NCBI GenBank assembly: GCA_963850195.1
Contig: CAWKKD010000003.1
Span: 109,307 to 173,306, forward strand
Source: an uncultured Actinomycetota bacterium
GTDB taxonomy: Bacteria > Actinomycetota > Actinomycetes > Streptosporangiales > Streptosporangiaceae
Length of the DNA: 64,000 nucleotides
Reading direction: 5' to 3'
The translations under genes were made by a program, and so were the position numbers. Under the pieces are notes generated by a model. It saw only the letters and a list, made by a program, of their open reading frames with translations, had not been told where the DNA came from and did no database searches. This document shows positions 18,863 through 32,462 of the stretch, one piece after another (position 1 is the stretch's first letter; each line of letters opens with the position of its first letter).

Positions 18863-20068
18863 GTGACGTCTCGGCGCATTCGCGGGTCGACCCAGGACGA
18901 CGTACGCCGGCACAACCTGGGGACGATCCTCACCGAGGTGCACCGGCACGGGTACCGCTCCCGTGCCGTACTGACCGCCGAGATGGGGCTGAACCGGAGC
19001 ACGATCGGCGACCTGGTCGCCGAGCTGACGGAGGCCGGGCTCGTCGTCGAACGCTCGTCGAGGGTTCGAGGGCGGGCCGGCCGCCCGTCGCTGGAGGTCG
19101 CGGCCTGCCCGGACGGCCCGTACGTGCTCGCCGTCGACCTCGGCGTACGCCACCTGGCGGTGGCGCGGGTCGGCCTGGGCGGCGAGCTGCTCGACCGGGT
19201 CGACGTCGACTCCGAGCGCGACTGGAGCGACCTGGACATCACCGTCGACGCGATCGTCGGGACCTGCGCTCGGCTGCGGGCGAGCGCACCGGCGAGCGCG
19301 CGCTGCGTGGGCGTCGGGCTGTCGGTGCCGGGCGTGGTGCGGCAGGCCGACGGGCTGCTGCGATTCGCGCCCAACCTCGGCTGGATCGACCTGCCGCTCG
19401 GCGCGCGGCTGGGGGAGCGGCTCGACCTGCCCGCCGTCATCGCCAACGACGCCGACCTCGGCGCGCTCGCCGAACACTGGCGCGGCGTCGCGGTCGGCCA
19501 CGACAACGTGGTCGTCGTCTCCGGCGAGATCGGCATCGGCGGGGGCATCCTCGTCGGTGGCCGCCCGCTGCGGGGACGCGGCGGGTACGCGGGCGAGATC
19601 GGCCACCTCCGGGTCAACCCGGACGGCCGGGCCTGCCGGTGCGGCTCGCGCGGCTGCCTGGAGACCGAGATCGGCGTCGACGCGTTGCTGAGCGCGGCCG
19701 GGCAGCCGGCCGGCAGCGGCATGGAGGCCTACCGCGCGGTCCTGGCCAGGGCCGCCGCCGGTGAGCCCGACGCCATGGGCGCCGCCTCGCGCGTCGCCCG
19801 CTGGCTCGGGGTCGGCGTCGGCATCCTGGTCAACATCTTCAACCCCGAGATCGTCGTGCTGGGCGGCCCGCTCGGCGAGCTGTTCGCCACCACCGAGGAG
19901 ATCGTCGCGGACATGTCCGCGCAGTGCTCGCTGGTGGCCCCGCGCGAACAGGTCCGGCTGGCCGCCTCCGCGCTCGGCCCCGACGCGCAGATCGTCGGTG
20001 CCGCCGAGCTCGCCTTCGAACCGCTTCTCCAGGATCCCATCGGCGCCCTGACCCGGCTGGCCGCCTGA
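18863..20068 (+). CDS. ROK-family transcriptional regulator (wHTH plus sugar-kinase-like domain)
   Basis: VRRHNLGTILTEVH...LNRSTIGDLVAELTEAGLV wHTH. ROK zinc motif CRCGSRGCLE. GTG at 18863 after GGGGGA. Confidence 0.9.
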   Translation: MTSRRIRGSTQDDVRRHNLGTILTEVHRHGYRSRAVLTAEMGLNRSTIGDLVAELTEAGLVVERSSRVRGRAGRPSLEVAACPDGPYVLAVDLGVRHLAVARVGLGGELLDRVDVDSERDWSDLDITVDAIVGTCARLRASAPASARCVGVGLSVPGVVRQADGLLRFAPNLGWIDLPLGARLGERLDLPAVIANDADLGALAEHWRGVAVGHDNVVVVSGEIGIGGGILVGGRPLRGRGGYAGEIGHLRVNPDGRACRCGSRGCLETEIGVDALLSAAGQPAGSGMEAYRAVLARAAAGEPDAMGAASRVARWLGVGVGILVNIFNPEIVVLGGPLGELFATTEEIVADMSAQCSLVAPREQVRLAASALGPDAQIVGAAELAFEPLLQDPIGALTRLAA

Positions 20069-20072
20069 TCCC

Positions 20073-20525
20073 TCAGCCGTGCCACCGGCGTACGTGCCGG
20101 GGCCCGAAGAACCCGAACGCGAGCCAGACGCACACGAACAGCGGCACGATCAGCCACCAGCCCGCGATCGCGGCCACGGCGAAGGGCACGAGGAAGAGCG
20201 CGCCGAACGGGTGGCGGTGCGGCCCCCGGTGATGGCGGCGGCCGACCGAGCGCGCCCGGGGACCCCGCCGTTCGTGCGCCAGGCCGTGCCTGTGCCCGCG
20301 CCACGTCGCGCCGGGCTCCTCGAGGATCGCCACGGAGCCCGACGGCTCTGAGGGCAGGTCGCCCGTCACCCCGCGCAGGTCGGCGACGGTCTTGGCGGAC
20401 AGCGTCGTCTCCACGCGTTCGTCGAGCTCGTCCCGGGTGAGCCGGCCCCGCGCGAAGTGCTCGTGCAGGGCCGACGTCACCACGTCGCGCTCCGCGTCAC
20501 CCACGCGGAGCCGGTCGTCGTTCAT
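20073..20525 (-). CDS. DUF1707 (SHOCT-like) domain membrane protein
   Basis: LRVGDAERDVVTSALHEHFARGRLTRDELDERV is the DUF1707 signature. C-terminal TM segments. Confidence 0.8.
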   Translation of the reverse strand: MNDDRLRVGDAERDVVTSALHEHFARGRLTRDELDERVETTLSAKTVADLRGVTGDLPSEPSGSVAILEEPGATWRGHRHGLAHERRGPRARSVGRRHHRGPHRHPFGALFLVPFAVAAIAGWWLIVPLFVCVWLAFGFFGPRHVRRWHG

Positions 20526-20552
20526 CGCTGATGCTCCATCACTCGGTGGTGC

Positions 20553-21152
20553 CTACTCGTCCTCGGCCAGGAGGGTGTACAGCTTGCGGCGCGTCTCGGC
20601 CAGCACCTGCCTGGCCTCGGCGACCTGGCTCTCCGAGCCGGTGTGGGCGATCTGTACGACGGCCGAGCCGGTCCGCGCGGCGGTCCGCATCAGGTCGCGT
20701 ACGTCGTCGCGTACGTCGGAGGTCATCGCCTCCCAGGGGGCGTTCACCTCGTCGGCGTGGTTCGCGACGTAGTCCCGGCCGGACTCCGACAGGCGGAAGG
20801 TCTTGCGGCCGTCCTGCTCGTCGGCCTCGATCAGGCCCTCGTCGGCGAGCTGCTGGAGCGCGGGGTAGACCCCGCCGGGGCTCGGCCGCCACTCGCCGCC
20901 ACTCCGCTCCTCGATCTCCTGAATGAGCTGGTAGCCGTTGCGGGGCTCCTCCGACAGCAGCGACAGGAGGGCGGCGCGCACGTCTCCGCGGCGCGCCCTG
21001 GATCGCCGGCCGCCCCAGGGCGGCTCGCCGCCGAACGGGCCCATAGGGCCCATCCCCGGGAACCCTCCTCGGTGACCGCCGCGTCCGTGGCCGCCACGGC
21101 GGCGTCCGCCTGTGGCCCATTCACGCCATGCGGCGTCGAATGTCGTGTTCAT
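20553..21152 (-). CDS. PadR-family transcriptional regulator
   Basis: LLSLLSEEPRNGYQLIQEIEERSGGEWRPSPGGVYPALQQLADEGLI wHTH. Gly/Arg-rich N-terminus. Confidence 0.88.
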   Translation of the reverse strand: MNTTFDAAWREWATGGRRRGGHGRGGHRGGFPGMGPMGPFGGEPPWGGRRSRARRGDVRAALLSLLSEEPRNGYQLIQEIEERSGGEWRPSPGGVYPALQQLADEGLIEADEQDGRKTFRLSESGRDYVANHADEVNAPWEAMTSDVRDDVRDLMRTAARTGSAVVQIAHTGSESQVAEARQVLAETRRKLYTLLAEDE

Positions 21153-21169
21153 GGTTACTTCCCTTCTTT

Positions 21170-21188
21170 GGGATCTGTCTTAGATCCC
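21170..21188. promoter_or_regulatory. Perfect palindrome GGGATCT-gtctt-AGATCCC just upstream of padR (candidate autoregulatory operator or 5'-UTR hairpin)
   Basis: 7-bp arms with a 5-nt spacer, 18-36 nt upstream of the padR ATG. Confidence 0.35.
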
Positions 21189-21428
21189 TCGCGATACGCC
21201 AACGATATATCGGAAACGGTCGCTGTCAACACCCTTGAGGGGGAGGTAGCTCGACGTCGAGATAAATCGTGATACCTTGATATCGAGAGAACTTGAGGAA
21301 GTTAGGTGAGCCTCAGTTCTCGTCGCCGAGTCCGCCTGAGGCAGGATTCGGCATGTCGACTTGAACACCCCCGCCATGCGTACGTGGGCGATCCGCGCTC
21401 GGTTCGAGCGCGTAGAGGAGGAGAGGAC

Positions 21429-24140
<2,712 letters not shown>

Positions 24141-24150
24141 GCGAGACCGC

Positions 24151-24188
24151 CGAACGGGCCGTCCTCCCACCGGGAGGCGGCCCGTTCG
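24151..24188 (+). terminator. Strong hairpin terminator after acnA
   Basis: Perfect 11-bp stem CGAACGGGCCG / CGGCCCGTTCG enclosing a second CCTCC/GGAGG stem. It starts 11 nt after the stop. Confidence 0.65.
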
Positions 24189-24212
24189 TCATCACGGGAG
24201 TACCTTCCATTC

Positions 24213-24764
24213 ATGAGCCGACGACCGACCGCGGCCGATCTTCTCGCGGCACGCGACCGCGTGATCCCCGACGTCGTACCCCCGCGTGGCGGCACCCTGC
24301 TCTGCGGGATCAACCCCGGCCTGTACTCGGCGGCCACCGGCCGGCACTTCGCCCGGCCCGGCAACCGCTTCTGGACCGCCCTGCACCGCTCTGGCCTCAC
24401 CGACCGCCTGCTGGCCCCCGACGAGCAGGACCTGCTGCCGTCGTACGGCCTGGGCGTGACCAACCTCGCGAGCCGCGCCACCGCGCGGGCGGACGAGCTG
24501 ACCGCCGAGGAGCTGGCCGAGGGCGGGAAGTGGCTCGAGGAGTTCGTCACCGAGCACGCGCCGCGTGTCGTCGCGGTCCTCGGCGTGACCGCCTATCGCA
24601 CGGCGTTCGGGCTGCCGAAGGCGCGGATCGGGCCGCAGGAGGCCCGGGTGGCCGGCGCGCGGCTGTGGATCCTGCCCAACCCGTCCGGCCTCAACGCGCA
24701 CTACACCGCCGACACCCTCGCCGGGGAGTTCGGTCGGCTGCGCGACCCGGCGGTCACCACGTGA
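24213..24764 (+). CDS. mug: G/U mismatch-specific uracil-DNA glycosylase (Mug family)
   Basis: LLCGINPGLYSA...ARPGNRFW...WILPNPSGLN matches E. coli Mug motifs. Confidence 0.9.
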   Translation: MSRRPTAADLLAARDRVIPDVVPPRGGTLLCGINPGLYSAATGRHFARPGNRFWTALHRSGLTDRLLAPDEQDLLPSYGLGVTNLASRATARADELTAEELAEGGKWLEEFVTEHAPRVVAVLGVTAYRTAFGLPKARIGPQEARVAGARLWILPNPSGLNAHYTADTLAGEFGRLRDPAVTT

Positions 24765-25326
24765 TGGCGGGTGGCAGAAGCTCCGACGGCGCGGCCGGCC
24801 ACTCCAGCGGGGTGCCCAGCGGCATCAGCTGCCCCATCTGGCTCCGGAACCACGGGGAGGCCGACGGGTGATCCACCAGAGCGACGCAGTCGTCCCAGTC
24901 GCGCCACTCGGCGTCGGCCACCTCGTCCGGATCGAGGGCCAGGTCACCGGCCGAACCGGCGCGTACGACCGGGCAGTACTCGTTCTCGACGACGCCGTCG
25001 GCGGCCTCGGCCCGGTAGTGGAACTCCGGCAGCACCAGGCTGATCGCGCCGACCTCGAGGCCGAGTTCGGTGCGCACCCGGCGGCGTACGGCGTCCCGCA
25101 GGGACTCACCGGGCGCCGGATGACCGCAGCAGCTGTTGGTCCACACGGACGGGAACGTCGCCTTCTCATGGGCCCGCTGCGTGGTCAGGATCCGCCCGTC
25201 CGTGTCCGTGACATAACACGAGAACGCCAGGTGAAGCGGGGTGGTGGCATGGTGGCTCGCCGCCTTCGGAGCCGTACCGATCGCCCTGCCGTCCGTGCTG
25301 AGCAGCACGATTCGCTCTTCGTCCAT
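24754..25326 (-). CDS. idi: Isopentenyl-diphosphate delta-isomerase, type 1 (Nudix)
   Basis: HLAFSCYV...[14 protein letters not shown]...ELG motifs. Start at the ATG giving MDEERIV. Confidence 0.9.
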   Translation of the reverse strand: MDEERIVLLSTDGRAIGTAPKAASHHATTPLHLAFSCYVTDTDGRILTTQRAHEKATFPSVWTNSCCGHPAPGESLRDAVRRRVRTELGLEVGAISLVLPEFHYRAEAADGVVENEYCPVVRAGSAGDLALDPDEVADAEWRDWDDCVALVDHPSASPWFRSQMGQLMPLGTPLEWPAAPSELLPPAITW

Positions 25327-25439
25327 CACCGCCTTTATATCGGACCGTGACGGCGGGCCGTCGAACCCCGGTCCGGTGCCGGAGCGTCCCAACGGTCAGG
25401 AGCACCACTAAAATCGGCAGTCGCAGAAAAGACGAGGAG

Positions 25440-27341
25440 ATGACCCGGGTGACCTTGCTTGAGTCGGTTCGACGGCCTGAGGACCTCAAAAGGCTTGATC
25501 CGGAACAACTTCCACAGCTGGCGAGCGAGATCCGGGACCTGCTCATCAGGGCGGTGTCGAAGAACGGCGGGCACCTCGGGCCCAACCTGGGCGCCGTCGA
25601 GCTGACCATCGCGATGCACCGCGTCTTCGACTCCCCGCGCGACCGGATCCTCTTCGACACCGGCCACCAGGCCTACGTGCACAAGCTGCTGACCGGCCGG
25701 CACGACTTCGACACGCTCCGCCAGCGCGGCGGGCTGTCCGGCTACCCGAGCCAGGCCGAGTCCGAGCACGACGTGATCGAGAACTCCCACGCCTCCACCT
25801 CGCTGTCCTACGCCGACGGGCTGGCGAAGGCCTTCCAGCTCCGCGGCGAGGGCGACCGATTCGTCGTGCCCTTCATCGGCGACGGCGCACTGACCGGTGG
25901 CATGGCCTGGGAGGCGCTGAACAACATCGCCGCGGGCAAGGACCGTCGGGTGGTCATCGTCGTCAACGACAACGGCCGCTCCTACTCGCCGACCATCGGC
26001 GGGCTGGCGAGCCACCTCGCGGACCTGCGGATGACCCGCGGCTACGAGCACGCCCTCGACCTGATCAAGCGCACGGTGCCGAAGGCGCCGGTCGTCGGCG
26101 GGATGGCCTACGACGCGCTGCACGGCATCAAGAAGGGGATCAAGGACATCCTGCAGCCGCAGGCGATGTTCGAGGACCTCGGGCTGAAGTACGTCGGGCC
26201 GATCGACGGCCACGACGAGGCCGCCGTGGAGCACGCCCTCCGCAAGGCCAAGGCCTTCGGCGGCCCGGTGATCGTGCACTGCATGACGAAGAAGGGCCAG
26301 GGCTACGCGCCGGCCGAGAACGACGAGGAAGAGGCCTTCCACTCGCCGGGCCTGTTCGACCCGGCCACCGGGCGCAAGCTCGCCAAGGGCGGCCGGAGCT
26401 GGACCAAGGTCTTCAGCGAGGAGCTCGTACGCATCGGCGCCGAGCGCCCCGACATCGTCGCGATCACGGCGGCCATGCTGCACCCGACCGGACTCGCGGC
26501 CTTCGCCGAGGTCCATCCCGAGCGCACGTTCGACGTGGGCATCGCCGAGCAGCACGCGCTCACCTCGGCGGCGGGCCTGGCCATCGGCGGCATGCACCCG
26601 GTCGTCGCGGTGTACGCGACGTTCCTCAACCGGGCCTTCGACCAGCTCCTGATGGACGTCGCCCTGCACAAGCTGCCGGTCACGGTCGTGCTCGACCGGT
26701 CCGGCGTCACCGGCGACGACGGCCCGAGCCACAACGGCATGTGGGACATGTCGATCCTCCAGGTCGTCCCGGGCCTGGGCATCGCCGCGCCGCGTGACGG
26801 CGCCCGGCTGGTCGAGCTGCTGCGCGAGGCCGTGGCGGTCGAGGACGGTCCGACGGTCGTACGCTTCCCGAAGGGCCCGGTCGTCGAGGACATCGAGGCG
26901 ATCGAGCGCACCGGCGGGCTCGACGTGCTGTCCCGGTCCGGTGACTCCGACGTCCTGATGATCGCGGCCGGCACGATGGCGGGCGTCGGCCTCGAGGCCG
27001 CGAAGCTGATCAACGCGCACGGCATCGGCGTGACCGTCGTGGACCCGCGCTGGGTCAAGCCGCTCGACGAGAAGCTGACCGGGATGGCCGCCGAGCACCG
27101 CCTCGTCGCCGTCGTCGAGGACAACATCCGGGTCGGGGGAGTGGGCGACGCGGTCGCGCGGCTGCTGCGCGACGGCGATGTCGACGTGCCGGTACGCACG
27201 TTCGGGATCCCGCAGAAGTTCTTCGACCAGGCCAAGCGCGCCCAGATCCTGACGGACATCGGACTCACCCCGCAGGGGCTCGCCCGCGACATCACCGCCG
27301 CCATCGCCCGCGACTCGGTCCTGGAGCCGACCGAGTCCTGA
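25440..27341 (+). CDS. dxs: 1-deoxy-D-xylulose-5-phosphate synthase
   Basis: [29 protein letters not shown] and [16 protein letters not shown] motifs. GAGGAG RBS before the ATG at 25440. Confidence 0.95.
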   Translation: MTRVTLLESVRRPEDLKRLDPEQLPQLASEIRDLLIRAVSKNGGHLGPNLGAVELTIAMHRVFDSPRDRILFDTGHQAYVHKLLTGRHDFDTLRQRGGLSGYPSQAESEHDVIENSHASTSLSYADGLAKAFQLRGEGDRFVVPFIGDGALTGGMAWEALNNIAAGKDRRVVIVVNDNGRSYSPTIGGLASHLADLRMTRGYEHALDLIKRTVPKAPVVGGMAYDALHGIKKGIKDILQPQAMFEDLGLKYVGPIDGHDEAAVEHALRKAKAFGGPVIVHCMTKKGQGYAPAENDEEEAFHSPGLFDPATGRKLAKGGRSWTKVFSEELVRIGAERPDIVAITAAMLHPTGLAAFAEVHPERTFDVGIAEQHALTSAAGLAIGGMHPVVAVYATFLNRAFDQLLMDVALHKLPVTVVLDRSGVTGDDGPSHNGMWDMSILQVVPGLGIAAPRDGARLVELLREAVAVEDGPTVVRFPKGPVVEDIEAIERTGGLDVLSRSGDSDVLMIAAGTMAGVGLEAAKLINAHGIGVTVVDPRWVKPLDEKLTGMAAEHRLVAVVEDNIRVGGVGDAVARLLRDGDVDVPVRTFGIPQKFFDQAKRAQILTDIGLTPQGLARDITAAIARDSVLEPTES

Positions 27342-27346
27342 CGATC

Positions 27347-27425
27347 TTCGGCGCCGGGGTCGGCCGGCCGAGATTTCGGCGCCGGAATCGAATCATCACC
27401 GCCTAGGGGGTGAGGATTCGGCGCC
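27347..27425. repeat. Three dispersed direct copies of GAT(n)TTCGGCGCC(G/A)G in the dxs-fprA intergenic region
   Basis: The TTCGGCGCC core occurs at 27347, 27375 and 27417, read directly. Confidence 0.6.
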
Positions 27426-27446
27426 AGATCTGGGCACAATGGCGTC

Positions 27447-28808
<1,362 letters not shown>

Positions 28809-28809
28809 G

Positions 28810-28843
28810 GGACGCGCCCGCCCACGACCGGGCGGACGCGTCC
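28810..28843. terminator. Bidirectional hairpin between convergent fprA and fadB
   Basis: The 34-nt GGACGCGCCCGCCC-acgacc-GGGCGGACGCGTCC forms 13 bp with one mismatch. Confidence 0.55.
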
Positions 28844-28848
28844 ACGGT

Positions 28849-30933
28849 TCACGCCAGGCTCGCGACGCCCCGGTCGAGGAAGCGCCGTCCGGTGACCCGC
28901 TCGGAGATCCCGGTACGGTCGAGATAGGGCGTCACACCGCCCAGGTGGAACGGCCAGCCCGCGCCGAGGATCATGCACAGGTCGATGTCCTCGGGCGCCG
29001 CCACGACGCCCTCATCGAGCATGAGCCGGATCTCCTCGGCGAGCGCGTCGAGCGCGCGCGCCAGGACCTCCTCCTCGCCGGACGGAGACGTGCCGCCCGC
29101 GAAGATCTCCACGGCCTCCGGGTCGAGGGTGAAGTCCGGCTGGTACACACCGGTCTTGCCGGCCGCCACCAGCTTGGCCAGCCCCTCCGACAGCGAGAAC
29201 CGCGACGGGAACGCCTCGTGCAGCGTCTCGCCGACGTGCAGCGCGATCGCCGGGCCGACCAGGCCCATCAGCACGAACGGTGGCATCGGCAGGCCCAGCG
29301 GCGCCACGGCGCGCTCGGCCGTCTCGATCGGCGTGCCCGCGTCCACCGCCCGCATGATCTCCGACATCAGCCGCAGCAGCACCCGGTTGGCCACGAACGC
29401 CGGTGCGTCCTTCACCAGGACACACGACTTCTTCAGCGCCTTGCCGGTGGCGAACGCCGTGGCCAGCGCCGCGTCGTCGGTCCGCTCGCCCCGGACGATC
29501 TCCAGCAGCGGCAGGACCGCCACCGGGTTGAAGAAGTGGAAGCCCACGACCCGCTCGGGGTGCTTCAGCTTGGCCGCCATCTCGCTCACCGACAGCGAGG
29601 AGGTGTTGGTGGCCAGCAGGCACTCGGGCGAGACGACCGCCTCGACCTCGGCGAAGACCTTCTGCTTGACGCCCAGCTCCTCGAAGACGGCCTCGATCAC
29701 CAGGTCGGCGTCGGAGAACGCGTCCTTGGTCAGCGAGCCCGACACCAGGCCCTTCAGGCGTGACGCCTCGTCGGAGGAGACCCGGCCCTTGCCGAGGAGC
29801 TTGTCGATCTCGGCGTGGACGTAGCCGACGCCCTTGTCGAGACGCTCCTGGTCCAGGTCGGTCAGCACGACCGGTACACCGAGGCGTCGGGCGAACAGCA
29901 GCCCGAGCTGGGAGGCCATCAGGCCCGCGCCGACCACGCCCACCTTGGTCACCGGCCGGGCCAGCGCCTTGTCCGGAGCGCCCGCTGGGCGCTTGGCGCG
30001 CTTCTGCACCAGGTCGAAGGCGTAGAGCCCGGACCGCAGCTCCTCGCTCATGATCAGGTCGGCGAGCGCCTCGTCCTCGGCGGTGAAGCCCTCGTCGCGC
30101 GTACGGTCCTTGGCCGCCGCGACCAGGTCCAGCGCGCGTACCGGAGCCGGAGCCGCGCCGTGCAGTTTGCCCTCCAGGAGCCAGCGGGCCTGCCCGACCG
30201 CGTCGTCCCATGCCTGGCCGGTGTCGACCGGGGCGCGCTCGACGATGACCTCGCCCTTGACGACCTGCCCGGCCCAGCGCAGCGACTCCTCGAGGAAGTC
30301 GGCCGGCTCGAACATCGCGTCCGCGATGCCCAGCTCGTACGCCTGCGGGCCGCGCAGCATCTTGTTCTGGTTGAGCGGGTTCTCGATGATGACCTTGAGG
30401 GCCTTCTCGGCGCCGACCAGGCGCGGCAGCAGGTAGGTGCCGCCCCAGCCCGGCACGAGGCCGAGGAAGCACTCCGGCAGCGCCACCGCGGGCACGCCCG
30501 AGGAGATCGTCCGGTACGTGCAGTGCAGCCCGATCTCGACGCCGCCGCCCATCGCCGCGCCGTTCACGAACGCGAACGAGGGCACCGGCAGCTCGCCGAG
30601 ACGGCGGAACACGTCGTGGCCCAGACGGGCGATCTCGATCGCCTGCTCGCGCCCGCCGATCAGCGGCACGCCGCCCAGGTCCGCGCCGACCGCGAAGATG
30701 AACGGCTTGCCCGTCACGCCGACGGCGGCCAGGTCATCGCGCGCCGCGATGGCGTCCAGCGCGGTGTTCAGCGCGGCCAGGCCACCCGGTCCGAAGGTGT
30801 TCGGCTTGGTGTGGTCGAAGCCGTTGTCGAGCGTGATCAGCGCCATCGTGCCCGCGCCGTACGGCAGCTCGACGTCGCGTACGTGGGCGTGCGTGACGAC
30901 CTCGTCGCTGAAGATCTCGGTGATCGCGGTCAC
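28849..30933 (-). CDS. fadB: Bifunctional enoyl-CoA hydratase / 3-hydroxyacyl-CoA dehydrogenase
   Basis: N-terminal crotonase fold plus a C-terminal NAD-binding VGVVGAGLMASQ. 694 aa. Confidence 0.92.
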   Translation of the reverse strand: MTAITEIFSDEVVTHAHVRDVELPYGAGTMALITLDNGFDHTKPNTFGPGGLAALNTALDAIAARDDLAAVGVTGKPFIFAVGADLGGVPLIGGREQAIEIARLGHDVFRRLGELPVPSFAFVNGAAMGGGVEIGLHCTYRTISSGVPAVALPECFLGLVPGWGGTYLLPRLVGAEKALKVIIENPLNQNKMLRGPQAYELGIADAMFEPADFLEESLRWAGQVVKGEVIVERAPVDTGQAWDDAVGQARWLLEGKLHGAAPAPVRALDLVAAAKDRTRDEGFTAEDEALADLIMSEELRSGLYAFDLVQKRAKRPAGAPDKALARPVTKVGVVGAGLMASQLGLLFARRLGVPVVLTDLDQERLDKGVGYVHAEIDKLLGKGRVSSDEASRLKGLVSGSLTKDAFSDADLVIEAVFEELGVKQKVFAEVEAVVSPECLLATNTSSLSVSEMAAKLKHPERVVGFHFFNPVAVLPLLEIVRGERTDDAALATAFATGKALKKSCVLVKDAPAFVANRVLLRLMSEIMRAVDAGTPIETAERAVAPLGLPMPPFVLMGLVGPAIALHVGETLHEAFPSRFSLSEGLAKLVAAGKTGVYQPDFTLDPEAVEIFAGGTSPSGEEEVLARALDALAEEIRLMLDEGVVAAPEDIDLCMILGAGWPFHLGGVTPYLDRTGISERVTGRRFLDRGVASLA

Positions 30934-30995
30934 TTGGCGCCCTCCCAGGCGGTGTTCTCCCTGCTCACGGGTCGCTCCTGCTCCTCGCTCGCTGC

Positions 30996-31020
30996 GCGGC
31001 CGACCTCGTTCCTCGGCCGC
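30996..31020 (-). other. Intercistronic hairpin in the 103-nt fadA-fadB spacer
   Basis: Perfect 8-bp stem GCGGCCGA / TCGGCCGC with a 9-nt loop. Confidence 0.35.
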
Positions 31021-31036
31021 CCACTCCGCTCGCTCG

Positions 31037-32221
31037 TCACACTCGCTCCCAGAGAACGGTTCCGCCCATGCCCATCCCGATGCACATCGTCGTGAGGCCG
31101 TAGCGGACGTCGGAGCGCTCGGCGAAGTGCCGGGCGAGCTGCGTCATCAGGCGTACGCCCGAGGAGGCGAGCGGGTGGCCGATCGCGATGGCGCCGCCCC
31201 AGGGGTTCACCCGCGCGTCGTCGTCGGCGATCTTGAAGTGGTCGAGGAAGGCGAGCACCTGCACGGCGAACGCCTCGTTGATCTCGATCAGGCCGATGTC
31301 GTCCATGGTCAGCGCGTTGCGCGCCAGGAGCTTCTCGGTGGCCGGCACCGGGCCGACGCCCATGACCTCGGGCTCGACGCCGACGAAGGCGTAGTCGACC
31401 ATCCGCATGCGGGCGGGCAGGCCCAGCTCGGCGGCGACGTCCTCGGCGGCCACGATGCAGCCCGTGGCGCCGTCGTTGAGACCGGCGGCGTTGCCCGCCG
31501 TGACGTTGCCGTGCGGGCGGAACGGCGTCTTCAGCCCGGCCAGGCTCTCCATCGTGGTACCCGGACGCGGCGGCTCGTCGCGCGTCGCGAGGCCGTAACC
31601 CAGCTCCGCGGAGCGGATCGCCATCGGTACCAGGTCCACCTGGAAGTGCCCCGCGTCGTACGCGGCGGCGACCTTCTGCTGGCTGCGGACCGCGTACGCG
31701 TCGGCGCGCTCCTTGGTGATCTGCGGGAACCGGTCGTGGAGGTTCTCCGCGGTCATGCCCATGACCAGCGCCGAGGTGTCGACGAGCTTCTCGGCGAGGA
31801 ACCGAGGGTTCGGGTCGACGCCCTCGCCCATCGGGTGGCGGCCCATGTGCTCGACCCCGCCCGCGATGGCGACGTCGTACGCCCCGAAGGCGATGCCGCC
31901 GGCGACCGAGGTGACGGCGGTCATCGCGCCGGCGCACATGCGGTCGATGGCGTACCCGGGAACGCTCTTGGGCAGTCCGGCGAGCACGGCGGCCGAACGG
32001 CCGATGGTCAGGCCCTGGTCGCCGATCTGCGTGGTCGCCGCGATGGCGACCTCGTCGATCCGCTCGGCGGGCAGCGAGGGGTTGCGTCTCCGCAGCTCGC
32101 GGATCACCCGGACGACGAGGTCGTCGGCGCGGGTATCGGCATACAGCCCCTTGGGGCCGGCCTTGCCGAACGGCGTGCGCACGCCGTCGACGAAGACCAC
32201 GTCACGCGCGGTACGAGGCAC
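31037..32221 (-). CDS. fadA: Acetyl-CoA C-acyltransferase (thiolase)
   Basis: VVFVDGVRTPFGKAG start and C-terminal CIGMGMGG motif. Confidence 0.93.
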   Translation of the reverse strand: MPRTARDVVFVDGVRTPFGKAGPKGLYADTRADDLVVRVIRELRRRNPSLPAERIDEVAIAATTQIGDQGLTIGRSAAVLAGLPKSVPGYAIDRMCAGAMTAVTSVAGGIAFGAYDVAIAGGVEHMGRHPMGEGVDPNPRFLAEKLVDTSALVMGMTAENLHDRFPQITKERADAYAVRSQQKVAAAYDAGHFQVDLVPMAIRSAELGYGLATRDEPPRPGTTMESLAGLKTPFRPHGNVTAGNAAGLNDGATGCIVAAEDVAAELGLPARMRMVDYAFVGVEPEVMGVGPVPATEKLLARNALTMDDIGLIEINEAFAVQVLAFLDHFKIADDDARVNPWGGAIAIGHPLASSGVRLMTQLARHFAERSDVRYGLTTMCIGMGMGGTVLWERV

Positions 32222-32243
32222 GGTCGGTCCTCTCTTCTGTGCA

Positions 32244-32274
32244 GATCCTTAGGTCACTCGATCCTAGGTTACTC
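32244..32274. repeat. Tandem direct repeat GATCCTTAGGTCACTC / GATCCT-AGGTTACTC 23-53 nt upstream of fadA
   Basis: Read directly. Units of 16 and 15 nt differ by one indel and one substitution. Confidence 0.7.
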
Positions 32275-32462
32275 GTCAGTAGCGACGGGCGCGCACGCGG
32301 CCCGTCGCCGTTGTAACTCCCATGTCCCTTGCTGCCGTACCCATGCCCCCGTAACCTTGCCGAGTTACGTGATCGCAGGGAGCGACCTTGGTGCACGCCA
32401 GGCCGGTATACCGGCCCGGAGCGAGGCGGAAAGCCGGACAGGCCATCAACGTGCCGCTCACG

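Noticed and set aside
21306-21428. Longer N-termini offered by the track for acnA (21306), gnd (12010), glgX (50507), msrB (44978), the primase-polymerase (44716), dxs (25347), idi (25392), hemY (41419) and the MFS (56383)
   Set aside because: The extensions run through AT-richer or non-coding-looking DNA or through neighbouring genes. Internal starts have RBS motifs and match the usual family N-termini.
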